From Clostridia bacterium (GTDB lineage Bacteria > Bacillota > Sulfobacillia > SLMV01): a DNA stretch of 64,000 bases. A program made the position numbers and the translations under genes. Positions 22,753-32,866 of the stretch are shown here, one piece after another. A model generated the notes under the pieces. The model saw only the letters and a list, made by a program, of their open reading frames with translations. It was not told where the DNA came from and did not search any database. The stretch covers positions 10,556-74,555 of the forward strand of contig PUMM01000024.1 in the NCBI GenBank assembly GCA_003551365.1, given 5' to 3'. Within the stretch, counting starts at the first letter, position 1, and each line of letters begins with the position of its first letter.

Positions 22753-23517
22753 GTGTTGCGTGGAGTTTATGCGTCTGCTTCCGGGATGATGGCCGGCGCC
22801 CGGAGTCAGCGCACAGTGGGAAATAACATCGCCAATGCCGAAACCGACGGCCACCGTTCCCAGCAGACCGTGCACGCCCCGTTTGGGGCCATGTTGATCG
22901 GCCGCTCCTGCGGGGGCGGCAACCCCATGCCCGCTGCCGGTCCCCTGGGGTCCATCAATCTGGGGTCGCGTGTGGCCGGACTGCATACATCCGACCGCCC
23001 GGGGGATATCCGGGAAACTGCAGAGGCAGAGGATCTGGCCCTGGACGGGCCGGGCTATTTCGTCCTGCAGGGCGAGGACGGACCGCTTCTGACCCGGGAC
23101 GGTAACTTCCGGGTGGATGAAGGGGGTTATCTGGCCACACCCGAGGGACTCCGCCTGCGCTCGGATGTGGGTTACGTGCAGGTGGGCAGTGAGCCGTTTC
23201 AGGTGAGTGAGGACGGGGTGGTGCGGCGGGATGATGAGGTGCTGGCCCAGCTGGAGATAGCCGACCCCGATGTGCAGGACGCTGAGATCCTGGAGAGCGG
23301 TCTGATGCCGGTCGCCGAGGAGGATGTGGCGGCGGCTGCCGTGCCGCCGGGAGATACTGCGGTACATCAGGGTCATCTGGAGTCGTCCAATGTGGATATG
23401 GTGAGGGAGCTGACCCTGCTGATGACCGCCCAGAGGAGCTACGCCGCCAACCGGACTGCCCTGCAGGTGCAGGAGGGTACTCTGGACGAGGCGGTCCGAC
23501 TGTCTGATGGTATGTGA
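22753..23517 (+). CDS. flhO: Flagellar basal-body rod protein (FlhO/FlgF-like)
   Basis: N-terminus LRGVYASASGMMA...NNIANAETDG and C-terminus GHLESSNVDMVRELTLLMTAQRSYAAN. GTG 22753 has GGGAGGTG 8 nt upstream. Confidence 0.85.
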   Translation: MLRGVYASASGMMAGARSQRTVGNNIANAETDGHRSQQTVHAPFGAMLIGRSCGGGNPMPAAGPLGSINLGSRVAGLHTSDRPGDIRETAEAEDLALDGPGYFVLQGEDGPLLTRDGNFRVDEGGYLATPEGLRLRSDVGYVQVGSEPFQVSEDGVVRRDDEVLAQLEIADPDVQDAEILESGLMPVAEEDVAAAAVPPGDTAVHQGHLESSNVDMVRELTLLMTAQRSYAANRTALQVQEGTLDEAVRLSDGM

Positions 23518-23528
23518 GGAGGTCAGCA

Positions 23529-24371
23529 ATGTACGGTTCGATGTGGACATCATCCGTGGGCCTGAAGGCGGGTTCCGACCGGATGGATGCCACGGGACAT
23601 AATATCGCGAACATAAGCAGTGATGGCTTTCGTCGACACGACCTGAGTTTCCGTGAGCTGACGCACGCGCAGGAGATCGAGCACAATCCCGCCACCGCGC
23701 TGCAGCCGGTGGCGACGGGCTCGGTGGAAGTTGATCCCAGCGTGCTGGCGCGGGGTCACGGGGTGCGGTCGCGGCCGGTACAACTGGATGATGCCGACGG
23801 TCCGCTGCGGCAGACCGCGGTGCCCGAGGACCTGGCCGTGCAGGGCGAGGGATATTTCGTCCTGGGCGACCGGGCCGGGGAGGATCCAGTATACACCCGG
23901 CTGGGAGCCTTCCGGCTGGACGATGAGTCCCACCTGGTACATCCGGGCGGCCTCTATCTCTTGGATGCAGACGGTGAACCGATCCAGGTGCCGGAGGAGG
24001 CAGAGGAGCGCATCAGTGTGTCTTCCGGGGGCGAGATCAGCGTTGTGGTTAGCGACGGGGAGGATGATGCAGCCGAGACAGTGGCGACAATTGAACTGGC
24101 GGTGCCGCCGGAGGGCGCGAAACTGGACCCATTGGGGGACGGCACCTACGATATGGTGGGCGAGGACGGCGCCCCACTGGATCCGGATATGGCCACTCCC
24201 GGTGCGGACGGGGCGGGAAGCATTCGTTCCGGGTATTTGGAGGGGTCGAATGTGGATCTCAGCACCGAGATGATGGAGATGATCCTGGCGCAGCGCGCCT
24301 TCCAGCTCAATGCCCGTACACTGCAGACGGCGGATCAGATGCTGGAGGGAGCCACCGACCTGCGTCGCTGA
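23529..24371 (+). CDS. flhP: Flagellar basal-body rod protein (FlhP/FlgG-like)
   Basis: N-terminus MDATGHNIANISSDGFRR and C-terminus GYLEGSNVDLSTEMMEMILAQRAFQLNAR. SD GAGGAGG before ATG 23529. Confidence 0.85.
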   Translation: MYGSMWTSSVGLKAGSDRMDATGHNIANISSDGFRRHDLSFRELTHAQEIEHNPATALQPVATGSVEVDPSVLARGHGVRSRPVQLDDADGPLRQTAVPEDLAVQGEGYFVLGDRAGEDPVYTRLGAFRLDDESHLVHPGGLYLLDADGEPIQVPEEAEERISVSSGGEISVVVSDGEDDAAETVATIELAVPPEGAKLDPLGDGTYDMVGEDGAPLDPDMATPGADGAGSIRSGYLEGSNVDLSTEMMEMILAQRAFQLNARTLQTADQMLEGATDLRR

Positions 24372-24401
24372 GCTGTGCGGGATTGACTCAAGGAAAACGA
24401 C

Positions 24402-24437
24402 CCTCCGGGGACGAATAAGTCCCCGGAGGTGTTTTTT
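24402..24437 (+). terminator. Rho-independent terminator after the rod genes, overlapping the fabZ SD
   Basis: 11-bp stem CCTCCGGGGAC/GTCCCCGGAGG, 6-nt loop, then TGTTTTTT. Confidence 0.75.
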
Positions 24438-24896
24438 ATGGCCGACGTGATGATGACCTCGGAACAACTCAAGGAGCACATACCGCATCGCTATCCCTTT
24501 TTGTTCATCGATGCGGTCACGGAAATGGAAGCGGGTGAGTGGGCCGAGGGATACAAGATGGTCACCGCCAACGAGTGGTTTTTCCCCGGGCACTTCCCGG
24601 GAGAGCCCATTTTGCCCGGGGTGATCATGGTCGAGGCCCTGGCCCAGCTGGCTGCGGTGTGCTTTCTGGCCGAGGAGGGGCAGGAGGCGGACCTGGGAGT
24701 CTTCACCGGTCTGGACGGCATCAAGTTCCGCCGGCTGGTGCAGCCGGGTGAGCGCCTGGACCTGCGCATCGAAAAGGAACGGCAGCGCGGGCCCTTCGTA
24801 CGGGTGACGGCCCGGGCATCCGTGGATGATGAGACTGCCGTACAGGGCAGCATGTCGTTCTCGCTGCTCGCAGGAGATGAGAGGGATGATGATTGA
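24438..24896 (+). CDS. fabZ: 3-hydroxyacyl-ACP dehydratase FabZ
   Basis: IPHRYPFLFIDAV and GHFPGEPILPGV motifs. Confidence 0.93.
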   Translation: MADVMMTSEQLKEHIPHRYPFLFIDAVTEMEAGEWAEGYKMVTANEWFFPGHFPGEPILPGVIMVEALAQLAAVCFLAEEGQEADLGVFTGLDGIKFRRLVQPGERLDLRIEKERQRGPFVRVTARASVDDETAVQGSMSFSLLAGDERDDD

Positions 24897-26073
24897 GGCC
24901 GGACTACAGGCGCTGTGCGCGCGCATCCTCACTCCGGAAGGGGAGGTGCGGCGCGCCACGGTACGCTGGGAGGACGAGAACCTGACCGGGGTCCAGAGCG
25001 GCCTGCAGGCGGCACCGGATGTGCGCATCGTTCCCACTGGATACACGCTGCTCCCGGCCCTGGTGGATCTGCACGCCCACGGCGGCGGGGGCGTGGACGC
25101 GGCCGATTTGCTAGAGGCCACCCCGGGGGAGGCTGCCGATCTGTGGTGCGAGCTCAGCGCGCACGCGGCCCGGGGCGGGGCAGCGGCGATGGTGCCGGCG
25201 CTGATGTCGGCCGGGCCCGAGGCCACCGAACTCTTTTTGCACCGCGCGGCGAACCGACCAAAACGTCTCCCGGGCGCCGATCTGCCGGGGGTTCACCTGG
25301 AGGGACCCTATCTGGATGAGGAGTACCGGGGGGCGCACCGGACTGAGCACCTGCGCAGCCCCGACCCGGATGAGGTGCAGCGCTGGCTGAAAGTGGGGGG
25401 CGACGCCCTGTGCATGGTAACGCTGGCTCCCGGGCTGCCCGGGGCGATGGAGGTGGTTGAGCAGCTGTCCGCGCCGGGCCGGATCGTGGCCTGCGGGCAC
25501 ACGGGGGCGGGTCTGTGGGAGATGAACCGCGCCTTCGGCCGGGGGGCGGGGCACGTTGCTCACCTGTTCAACGGGATGCGGCCCATGCACCACCGCCATC
25601 CGGGCCCAATTGCCGCGGCCCTGCTGCGCTCCGGGGTAACCTGCGAGTTGATAGGCGACGGGCTGCACGTGCACCCGGAGATGGTGCGCCTGGCCGCCCG
25701 GATGAAGGGTCGGCGGGAGCTGTGCCTGATCACCGATGCCACTGCTGCCGCCGGCTGCGGGGAGGGGGAATACTCCCTGGGTGGATGCCCGGTGCAGATG
25801 TCCGGAGGTGCTGTGCGCACCCCCGACGGGGCCCTGGCGGGCACCGCGGCGACCCCGATAGACGTTTTACACTGGGCGGTGGATGATCTGGGGTGGACTC
25901 TGGAGCGGGCAGTGGATGCCCTGAGCCGGGTGCCAGGTGGAGTGTTGGGCAGAAATGCCGGACAGATTGCGGCCGGCCGCCGCGCCGACCTGCTGCTGGT
26001 GGATGAGGAGCTGGAGGTGGTCGCCACCGTCGTCGGTGGGCGGGTGGTCAGTGGACACATACCGGAGGAGTGA
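24886..26073 (+). CDS. nagA: N-acetylglucosamine-6-phosphate deacetylase
   Basis: DLHAHGGGG, EGPYL...GAH, GHTGA, HLFNGM motifs. Start chosen among ATG 24877/24886/24889, overlapping the fabZ end. Confidence 0.87.
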   Translation: MMIEAGLQALCARILTPEGEVRRATVRWEDENLTGVQSGLQAAPDVRIVPTGYTLLPALVDLHAHGGGGVDAADLLEATPGEAADLWCELSAHAARGGAAAMVPALMSAGPEATELFLHRAANRPKRLPGADLPGVHLEGPYLDEEYRGAHRTEHLRSPDPDEVQRWLKVGGDALCMVTLAPGLPGAMEVVEQLSAPGRIVACGHTGAGLWEMNRAFGRGAGHVAHLFNGMRPMHHRHPGPIAAALLRSGVTCELIGDGLHVHPEMVRLAARMKGRRELCLITDATAAAGCGEGEYSLGGCPVQMSGGAVRTPDGALAGTAATPIDVLHWAVDDLGWTLERAVDALSRVPGGVLGRNAGQIAAGRRADLLLVDEELEVVATVVGGRVVSGHIPEE

Positions 26074-26079
26074 GAAACT

Positions 26080-26589
26080 GTGGTGGAAGAATATGACGGA
26101 GTGAGGATCAGGCCGGCCCGCATGTCGGATGCCGGGGATCTGCACCGGGTGCGCATCGCCCCAGAAGCGGCCCGCGACACCCTGGGGCTGCCCAGCATCA
26201 GCTTTGAGCGGTTCGAGCAGCAGATGCAGAAATGGCTGGAAAAATCCGGGGTGCACCTGCTGGTCGCCGAGGTGGAGGGTGCAGCCGTCGGCATGATACA
26301 GCTGAGCGCGGGCTCCGATCGACGCGCCCACTGTGGGTCGCTGGGGATGGCCGTGCACGATGACTATCACGGGCGGGGCATCGGCTCCGCCCTGCTGGAG
26401 GCCATAGTGGACCTGGCCGATTCCTGGCTGGGGCTGCACCGGCTGCAGCTGGAGGTTTACGCAGACAACGCGGTGGCCATCCGCATGTACGAACGCGCCG
26501 GTTTTCAGCGGGAGGGATGCATGCGGCGCGCCGCGGTGCGGGACGGACGGCTGGCGGATATCGTGCTGATGGGGCGGCTGCGGGATTGA
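26080..26589 (+). CDS. GNAT-family N-acetyltransferase
   Basis: Acetyl-CoA motif HGRGIGSALLEA and YERAGFQREG, 169 aa. Confidence 0.8.
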   Translation: MVEEYDGVRIRPARMSDAGDLHRVRIAPEAARDTLGLPSISFERFEQQMQKWLEKSGVHLLVAEVEGAAVGMIQLSAGSDRRAHCGSLGMAVHDDYHGRGIGSALLEAIVDLADSWLGLHRLQLEVYADNAVAIRMYERAGFQREGCMRRAAVRDGRLADIVLMGRLRD

Positions 26590-26606
26590 TACGGTGGGAC
26601 ATATGC

Positions 26607-26635
26607 TTGTCGGCGGGCCCACAACTGGATATAAT
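26607..26635 (+). promoter_or_regulatory. Sigma-A-type promoter candidate for metK
   Basis: TTGTCG (26607-26612), 17-nt spacer, TATAAT (26630-26635). Confidence 0.55.
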
Positions 26636-26705
26636 CGGAAGCAGGCGTTGAATCAGAGAGGATATCACTGCCGCTGAGGTTTGCCAGAGAGGAGCTGAGG
26701 GGAAG

Positions 26706-27983
<1,278 letters not shown>

Positions 27984-28039
27984 TACCGGGCACAGGAGGC
28001 CTCCCCCGCACATAGAGTGAAGCGCGGGGGTGGTCCGCG

Positions 28040-28531
28040 GTGACCGATCCGGTGGCAGCGGTCTGGCAGCTGGTGGCGGCGCTGAGTTTTCTGCTCATGG
28101 GCGTCCTCATAATATCAACCCGGCGGCGCGGGTCCTCCCCGCCGCCGGGCATTCTGACGGTATGCATCCTCTGCCGCGACCAGGAATGCCGGCTGGAGTA
28201 CATGGTGCGGAGGCTGCTGGCGATCCTGTCTGAGGGAGCGGGCGGCCGCCGCGTTTGCCTGGTGCTGCTGGATGTCGGGTCTGCGGATGAGAGTCCACGT
28301 ATAGCTGCGCGCCTGGCGCGGACCTGCCCGGGTCTGGTGTCTGTCCGGGGCGGCGCAGCACCGGGAGATGAGCTGCTGCGGCTGCTCCGGGCGCGAGACG
28401 GGGGGCCGCTTCTGACCCTGTGGGTCCGCTCTGCTGCGGACTGGGAGGATGTGGCGCAGTGGGTGACGACCGTGGCAGCTGGTGAGGTCAAACGATCCGG
28501 CAGCGATGGGAAGTGGATGCGTGATAGATGA
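28040..28531 (+). CDS. Hypothetical membrane-anchored protein
   Basis: N-terminal TM helix. The soluble part vaguely resembles the start of a GT-A fold but has no diagnostic motif. Overlaps the comFC ORF. Confidence 0.4.
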   Translation: MTDPVAAVWQLVAALSFLLMGVLIISTRRRGSSPPPGILTVCILCRDQECRLEYMVRRLLAILSEGAGGRRVCLVLLDVGSADESPRIAARLARTCPGLVSVRGGAAPGDELLRLLRARDGGPLLTLWVRSAADWEDVAQWVTTVAAGEVKRSGSDGKWMRDR

Positions 28532-29303
28532 ACGCTGGAGAACCCGCCTGGCCTGGGCGGGGGCGGCGCTGGCCGATTTCATTTACCCTCCCTCTGACAG
28601 GTGTGCAGTGTGTGACAGAAAGGGAGCCGACTCTGCCGGTTCCGTGCCCGGATTGTGTGCTGGATGCCGGCGGCTGCTGCAGTGTAGACCGGATGTCTGT
28701 CCGGTGTGCGGCGGTGCGGTTCCCCAGCCGGTCGGAAGACGACCGCTGGAGCACGACTGTCCGGGTGCACCGCCCGGCGGCTATCTGCACTATCTGGGAG
28801 AGGACCGGGGGGTGCTGCGGCGGGCGGTGCGCCGCCACCGGGGCGGCGCGGACGGGATGACCGGACTGCTGGGGAGTCTGCTGGCGGAGAGCCTGGCCCG
28901 CAGCCCGCACCCCCTGCGGGCGACGACCATTCTGCCGGCACCCGATTTTTCGGGCGGCTCCGGGCGGAATGAGGTCCTGGCGGCCGCTGTGGCCGGGGAA
29001 CTGGACCGGCCCCTGCGCCGCACGCTCCCGGGTGAGGAGACGTCCCCGTCTTTTCTGGCCGGGATGGTAGCGCGGGGACGGGAGCAACCGCTGCCGCACG
29101 GGGTTAAACGTTTACTTCTGGTTGACGATATATATGTGCGGGGAGGGGATGCAGCGCGGGCCGCGCGGCGGCTGCGCGAACGAACAGGACTCCCCGTATC
29201 AGTCGCGGCCCCCGCGGCGCGGGGTAGATCCGGACGCCGCCCGGGGGGCCTTCCCCTCGGGACGAAACATAACCGGTTCAATTTTCGTCTTTACCGGCGA
29301 TAG
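28482..29303 (+). CDS. comFC: ComF-family protein (ComFC-like, zinc-ribbon plus phosphoribosyltransferase fold)
   Basis: Paired Cys motifs CAVC...CAGC and CPVCGG. PRT-like LLLVDDIYVRGGDA. Position upstream of flgM as in Bacillus. Start uncertain. No comFA in the window. Confidence 0.78.
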   Translation: MRSNDPAAMGSGCVIDERWRTRLAWAGAALADFIYPPSDRCAVCDRKGADSAGSVPGLCAGCRRLLQCRPDVCPVCGGAVPQPVGRRPLEHDCPGAPPGGYLHYLGEDRGVLRRAVRRHRGGADGMTGLLGSLLAESLARSPHPLRATTILPAPDFSGGSGRNEVLAAAVAGELDRPLRRTLPGEETSPSFLAGMVARGREQPLPHGVKRLLLVDDIYVRGGDAARAARRLRERTGLPVSVAAPAARGRSGRRPGGLPLGTKHNRFNFRLYRR

Positions 29304-29390
29304 CGACTGATAATGGGCAGTCAATTGCGCGATAGTCGATGTCACAGGTGATAATGCGGAGTAATGGATGCATACAGGGAGCGACGCAGC

Positions 29391-29418
29391 TAATGATTTC
29401 GGGACGACATACCGATAT
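29391..29418 (+). promoter_or_regulatory. Sigma-D (sigma-28)-type promoter candidate for flgM
   Basis: TAAT (29391-29394), 17 nt, CCGATAT (29412-29418), ~55 nt upstream of the flgM ATG. Confidence 0.45.
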
Positions 29419-29472
29419 AGGGAGTGAAGGGGTGCCCGGTGTTGGACACGGGGGATGAGGAGGCGTTCGATC

Positions 29473-29811
29473 ATGATGATTTCGTCCAAACAGCTGATGG
29501 CCGCACTGCAGGGCAGTGAGACGCGGACTGCCGCGCTGAACCGCAGCGAGGAGATCCAGGCCGCGCGGGAAAGCAGTGGTCAGCCGGCGAAGGCAGCCCG
29601 CACCGATGACCTGACTCTGTCTTCCAGGGCCAAGGAGGTCATGCAGGCGCGGCAGGCGCTGAGCAACATGCCGCCGGTGCGGCAGGACAGGGTGGATGAG
29701 ATTAAGGCCGAGATTGAGGACGGGACATACGATGTTGCAGCCGAAGACGTGGCGGAGAAGATAATCAGCCGCGCCGCGGTGAACCGGCTGTTCAATGAGG
29801 GCGCGGAGTAG
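29473..29811 (+). CDS. flgM: Anti-sigma-28 factor FlgM
   Basis: C-terminal RQDRVDEIKAEIEDGTYDVAAEDVAEKII is the typical FlgM signature. SD GAGGAGG 9 nt before ATG 29473. Confidence 0.85.
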   Translation: MMISSKQLMAALQGSETRTAALNRSEEIQAARESSGQPAKAARTDDLTLSSRAKEVMQARQALSNMPPVRQDRVDEIKAEIEDGTYDVAAEDVAEKIISRAAVNRLFNEGAE

Positions 29812-29822
29812 GGAGGCGTGTC

Positions 29823-30359
29823 GTGACGGACAGTGAGGTAAAGGAGACGAGCACGCCGGAACTTTACGGCAGGCTGTGCGGGATACTGGATGATCACGCC
29901 GGGGCTTACGATACCATCTGCGACCTGCTCCGGCAGCAGCGGGAAGCGCTCAAGGATAATGATCTGCCGGAACTGGAGTCGCTGCTGCGGAGTCAGCAGG
30001 AGGTGATCCTGCAGGTGGCGGGGGCGGAAGAACGGCGGCGTCAGGTGCAGAGCGAGCTGGTGGACCGCCTGGGCCTGCCGGCGGAAGACGATCCCACCCT
30101 GCAGGAGCTGGAAGAGCTGCCGGGAGTTCCGGGTGAGTATCGCAGCAGGTTGACCCGATTGCGGGAGCGGGTGGTGCAGTTGACGGATGAGGCCAGGCGG
30201 TTGAATGAGGAGAACCGCGAGCTGGTGCAGCAGGCGCTGCAGTTCATCAGCTACTCCATCAACGAGATCCGCAATCTGGCAGATGGCCGGGGAGTGTACG
30301 GGGACGGCGGTCGCCGCGACGGGGGCGCCGGTGCCCTGATGATGGACAGGCGGTACTGA
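29823..30359 (+). CDS. flgN: Flagellar export chaperone FlgN family
   Basis: All-helical 178-aa protein (LLRQQREALKDNDLPELESLL...) between flgM and flgK. Confidence 0.72.
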   Translation: MTDSEVKETSTPELYGRLCGILDDHAGAYDTICDLLRQQREALKDNDLPELESLLRSQQEVILQVAGAEERRRQVQSELVDRLGLPAEDDPTLQELEELPGVPGEYRSRLTRLRERVVQLTDEARRLNEENRELVQQALQFISYSINEIRNLADGRGVYGDGGRRDGGAGALMMDRRY

Positions 30360-30378
30360 CGAAAGGTGGGGGAGGATC

Positions 30379-31845
30379 TTGCGCAGCAGTTTTTTCGGTC
30401 TGGAGATGGCCAGGAGGGCGATGAGTAGCCATCGCACCGATGTCGACGTCATCGGTCACAACCTCTCCAACGCGCACACCGAGGGCTACAGCAAACAGGA
30501 CGCGGTTCTGCGGCCCACTTCACCCTTTTCCGTGGGTGGGTCGAACCGGATGGAGATGGGGACGGGAGTCGAGGTCACCGACATCACCCGTCGCACCAAC
30601 CGGTATCTGGACCGCGAGATCTACCGCAGAAGCGGGGAGGCGGAATACTGGGAGAGCCGCAAGCAGAAGCTCTCGGAGATTGAGGACATCCTGGCCGAGC
30701 CGGGAGATTCCGGCATAAGCGCAGTCATGGATCGTTTCTGGAACTCCTGGCAGGAGCTGTCCTCCGAACCGGACAGCATGTCCGCCCGCACCTCGGTCAT
30801 AGAGCGGGCGGAGGAGATGGGCGATGCCTTCTCGGCGGCTGACCGCCAGATGGAGAACATGCTGGACAACCTGGATCAGACGGCCGAATCACGGGTGGAG
30901 CGGGTGAACGGCATCCTGGATGAGCTGGAGGATGTCACCGATCGCATCCGCACCCTGGAGGGTTCGGGGACGACGGCCAATGATCTGCTCGATCAGCGGG
31001 ACCGGCTGGTGGAGGAGCTGAGCGGGCTGATAGATCTTCACGTCTCCGATTCGGAGGACGGTGGGGTGCGCCTGATGGCGGATGGCACGCCGATTCTCGA
31101 TTCTTACACCGGACGAAGGATGGAGATGGAAGTTGCACCGCCGGAGAATGAAGACGGGGAAATAAAAGACTTTCCGGATGAGGAAATAGGTTTCCAGTGG
31201 AAGCATGAAGAGGGACACGCGGTACAGTGGGAAGATCCCCCCTCCACGGGAGAGCTGGGCAGCCTCACGCAGATGCGCAACGAGGATGTGCCGCGCATGC
31301 TGGAGGATCTGCGGAGTCTGGCGGACGGCATCCGCGAGGCGGTGAATGAGCAGCACGGCGAGGGTTTTGATCTGGACGGCGACGAGGGGGATGACTTCTT
31401 CTTTAATGGGGAGGACGCACAGAGCGGCGTTCTGACTGTCGATGAGGTGGTGCGGGACGATCCCCGCCTGCTGGCCGCAGCGAGTGATGCGGACGGTGTA
31501 CCCGGGGACGGGAGCAATGCGCGGGCCCTGGCCAACCTGAAAGAAGAAGACATCAATATCGAGCTGCAGTACCGGGACGAGACCGATAATGAGGCCCCCG
31601 GCGAGTTTCTGCGTTCGGTGGTTGCCGATCTGGGCATCCGGGCGGAGCAGGCGGAGCAGCAGCACGGGAACAACCACAGCATGCTGACGCAGCTGAAAAA
31701 CAGCCGGGACGCAGATACGGGAGTGTCCATAGATGAAGAGATGACCCACCTGATTCAGTCGCAGAATGCCTTCAACGCCTCGGCGCGGCTGGTGCGGGTG
31801 TGGGATGAGATGCTCGATACTGTAGTGAACGGGCTGGTGAGATGA
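30379..31845 (+). CDS. flgK: Flagellar hook-associated protein 1 (FlgK)
   Basis: N-terminus FFGLEMARRAMSSHRTDVDVIGHNLSNAHTEGYS and C-terminus SIDEEMTHLIQSQNAFNASARLV. Confidence 0.92.
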   Translation: MRSSFFGLEMARRAMSSHRTDVDVIGHNLSNAHTEGYSKQDAVLRPTSPFSVGGSNRMEMGTGVEVTDITRRTNRYLDREIYRRSGEAEYWESRKQKLSEIEDILAEPGDSGISAVMDRFWNSWQELSSEPDSMSARTSVIERAEEMGDAFSAADRQMENMLDNLDQTAESRVERVNGILDELEDVTDRIRTLEGSGTTANDLLDQRDRLVEELSGLIDLHVSDSEDGGVRLMADGTPILDSYTGRRMEMEVAPPENEDGEIKDFPDEEIGFQWKHEEGHAVQWEDPPSTGELGSLTQMRNEDVPRMLEDLRSLADGIREAVNEQHGEGFDLDGDEGDDFFFNGEDAQSGVLTVDEVVRDDPRLLAAASDADGVPGDGSNARALANLKEEDINIELQYRDETDNEAPGEFLRSVVADLGIRAEQAEQQHGNNHSMLTQLKNSRDADTGVSIDEEMTHLIQSQNAFNASARLVRVWDEMLDTVVNGLVR

Positions 31846-31846
31846 T

Positions 31847-32791
31847 ATGCGGGTAACGGAAAACGCCATGACCAGAACGGTTCTGAATGATGTGATGGGC
31901 AACAGGGGACGGCTATCGCATTTGCAGGAGAAGCTGAGCTCCGGCTATGATATCAACCGCCCCTCGGATGATCCCGGGGGTACCTCTTCCACCATGCAGC
32001 TGACCAGCACGCTCTCGGAACTGGACCAGTTCAAATCCAACTCCGACCGGGCGCACGACTGGCTGGCCGCCACGGAGTCCGCGCTGAATGAGAGCACCGA
32101 CACCGTGGGCCGCGTGCGGGAGCTGACCGTGCAGGCGGCATCGGGTTCGCTGTCCGAGCAGTCCTACGAGGGGATCCGCGAGGAGGTGGATGCTCTCACC
32201 GAGCACCTGGTCTCGCTGGGAAACAGCCGCCACTCCGGCCGCTACCTGTTCTCCGGGCACCAGACGGATGAGGCTCCCTACGATATAGATGAGCTGTGGA
32301 AGGAGCTGGACGAGGCGGATGATCCGGAAGATCTGGGGGATCGGCTCGCGAATCTGGATGATGGCGGCGGGATGTTCCGCGGTGATGAGGGGACGATGAC
32401 CGTGGAGGTCGGACCGGGGGTGGAGCTGGATATCAATGTGTCCGGTGCAGAAGCCTTCGATGACATCATCGAGACCTGCCTGCTGCTGCGCAAGGCCCTG
32501 GAGGATCCGGAGGAGAATGAGATCGGGGAGTATCTGTCCGACATCGATGATGCGAAGGACGAAATTTTATCCGCCCGGTCGCGCATGGGCGGCCGCATGA
32601 ACCGTCTGGAGCTGAACGAAAACCGGCTGGAAGAGCTGGATGAGTCGGTGCAGCGGGTACTGTCCGAGACGCGGGATGCGGATATAGCCGAGGTGGTCAT
32701 GCATCTGGCCACCGCGGAGCGCGCCTATCACACCTCTCTGGCCACCGGCGCCAGGATACTGCCGCAGACTCTTCTGGATCACCTGCGGTGA
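31847..32791 (+). CDS. flgL: Flagellar hook-associated protein 3 (FlgL)
   Basis: MRVTENAM...LSSGYDINRPSDDPGG N-terminus and flagellin-like C-terminus DADIAEVVMHLATAERAY. Confidence 0.9.
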   Translation: MRVTENAMTRTVLNDVMGNRGRLSHLQEKLSSGYDINRPSDDPGGTSSTMQLTSTLSELDQFKSNSDRAHDWLAATESALNESTDTVGRVRELTVQAASGSLSEQSYEGIREEVDALTEHLVSLGNSRHSGRYLFSGHQTDEAPYDIDELWKELDEADDPEDLGDRLANLDDGGGMFRGDEGTMTVEVGPGVELDINVSGAEAFDDIIETCLLLRKALEDPEENEIGEYLSDIDDAKDEILSARSRMGGRMNRLELNENRLEELDESVQRVLSETRDADIAEVVMHLATAERAYHTSLATGARILPQTLLDHLR

Positions 32792-32848
32792 CCCGGCAGT
32801 TTGACTCGGATTCTGTGAATGTCCGTCAGTCGGGGGTGAAGTACCTCG

Positions 32849-32866
32849 GCCCGGGCCATCCCGGGC
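32849..32866. terminator. Hairpin between convergent flgL and the ABC permease gene
   Basis: GCCCGGG-CCAT-CCCGGGC, 7-bp stem, abutting the permease stop. No U-tract. Confidence 0.35.

Noticed and set aside
26590-26705. Expected a SAM-I (S-box) or SMK riboswitch upstream of metK.
   Set aside because: The leader is only ~65 nt after the best promoter, and none of the conserved S-box or SMK core sequences is recognisable. Recorded instead as an unusual leader.
28040-28531. Calling the 163-aa ORF a truncated family-2 glycosyltransferase.
   Set aside because: Only a vague beta-alpha pattern, no DxD or other diagnostic motif. Left as hypothetical.
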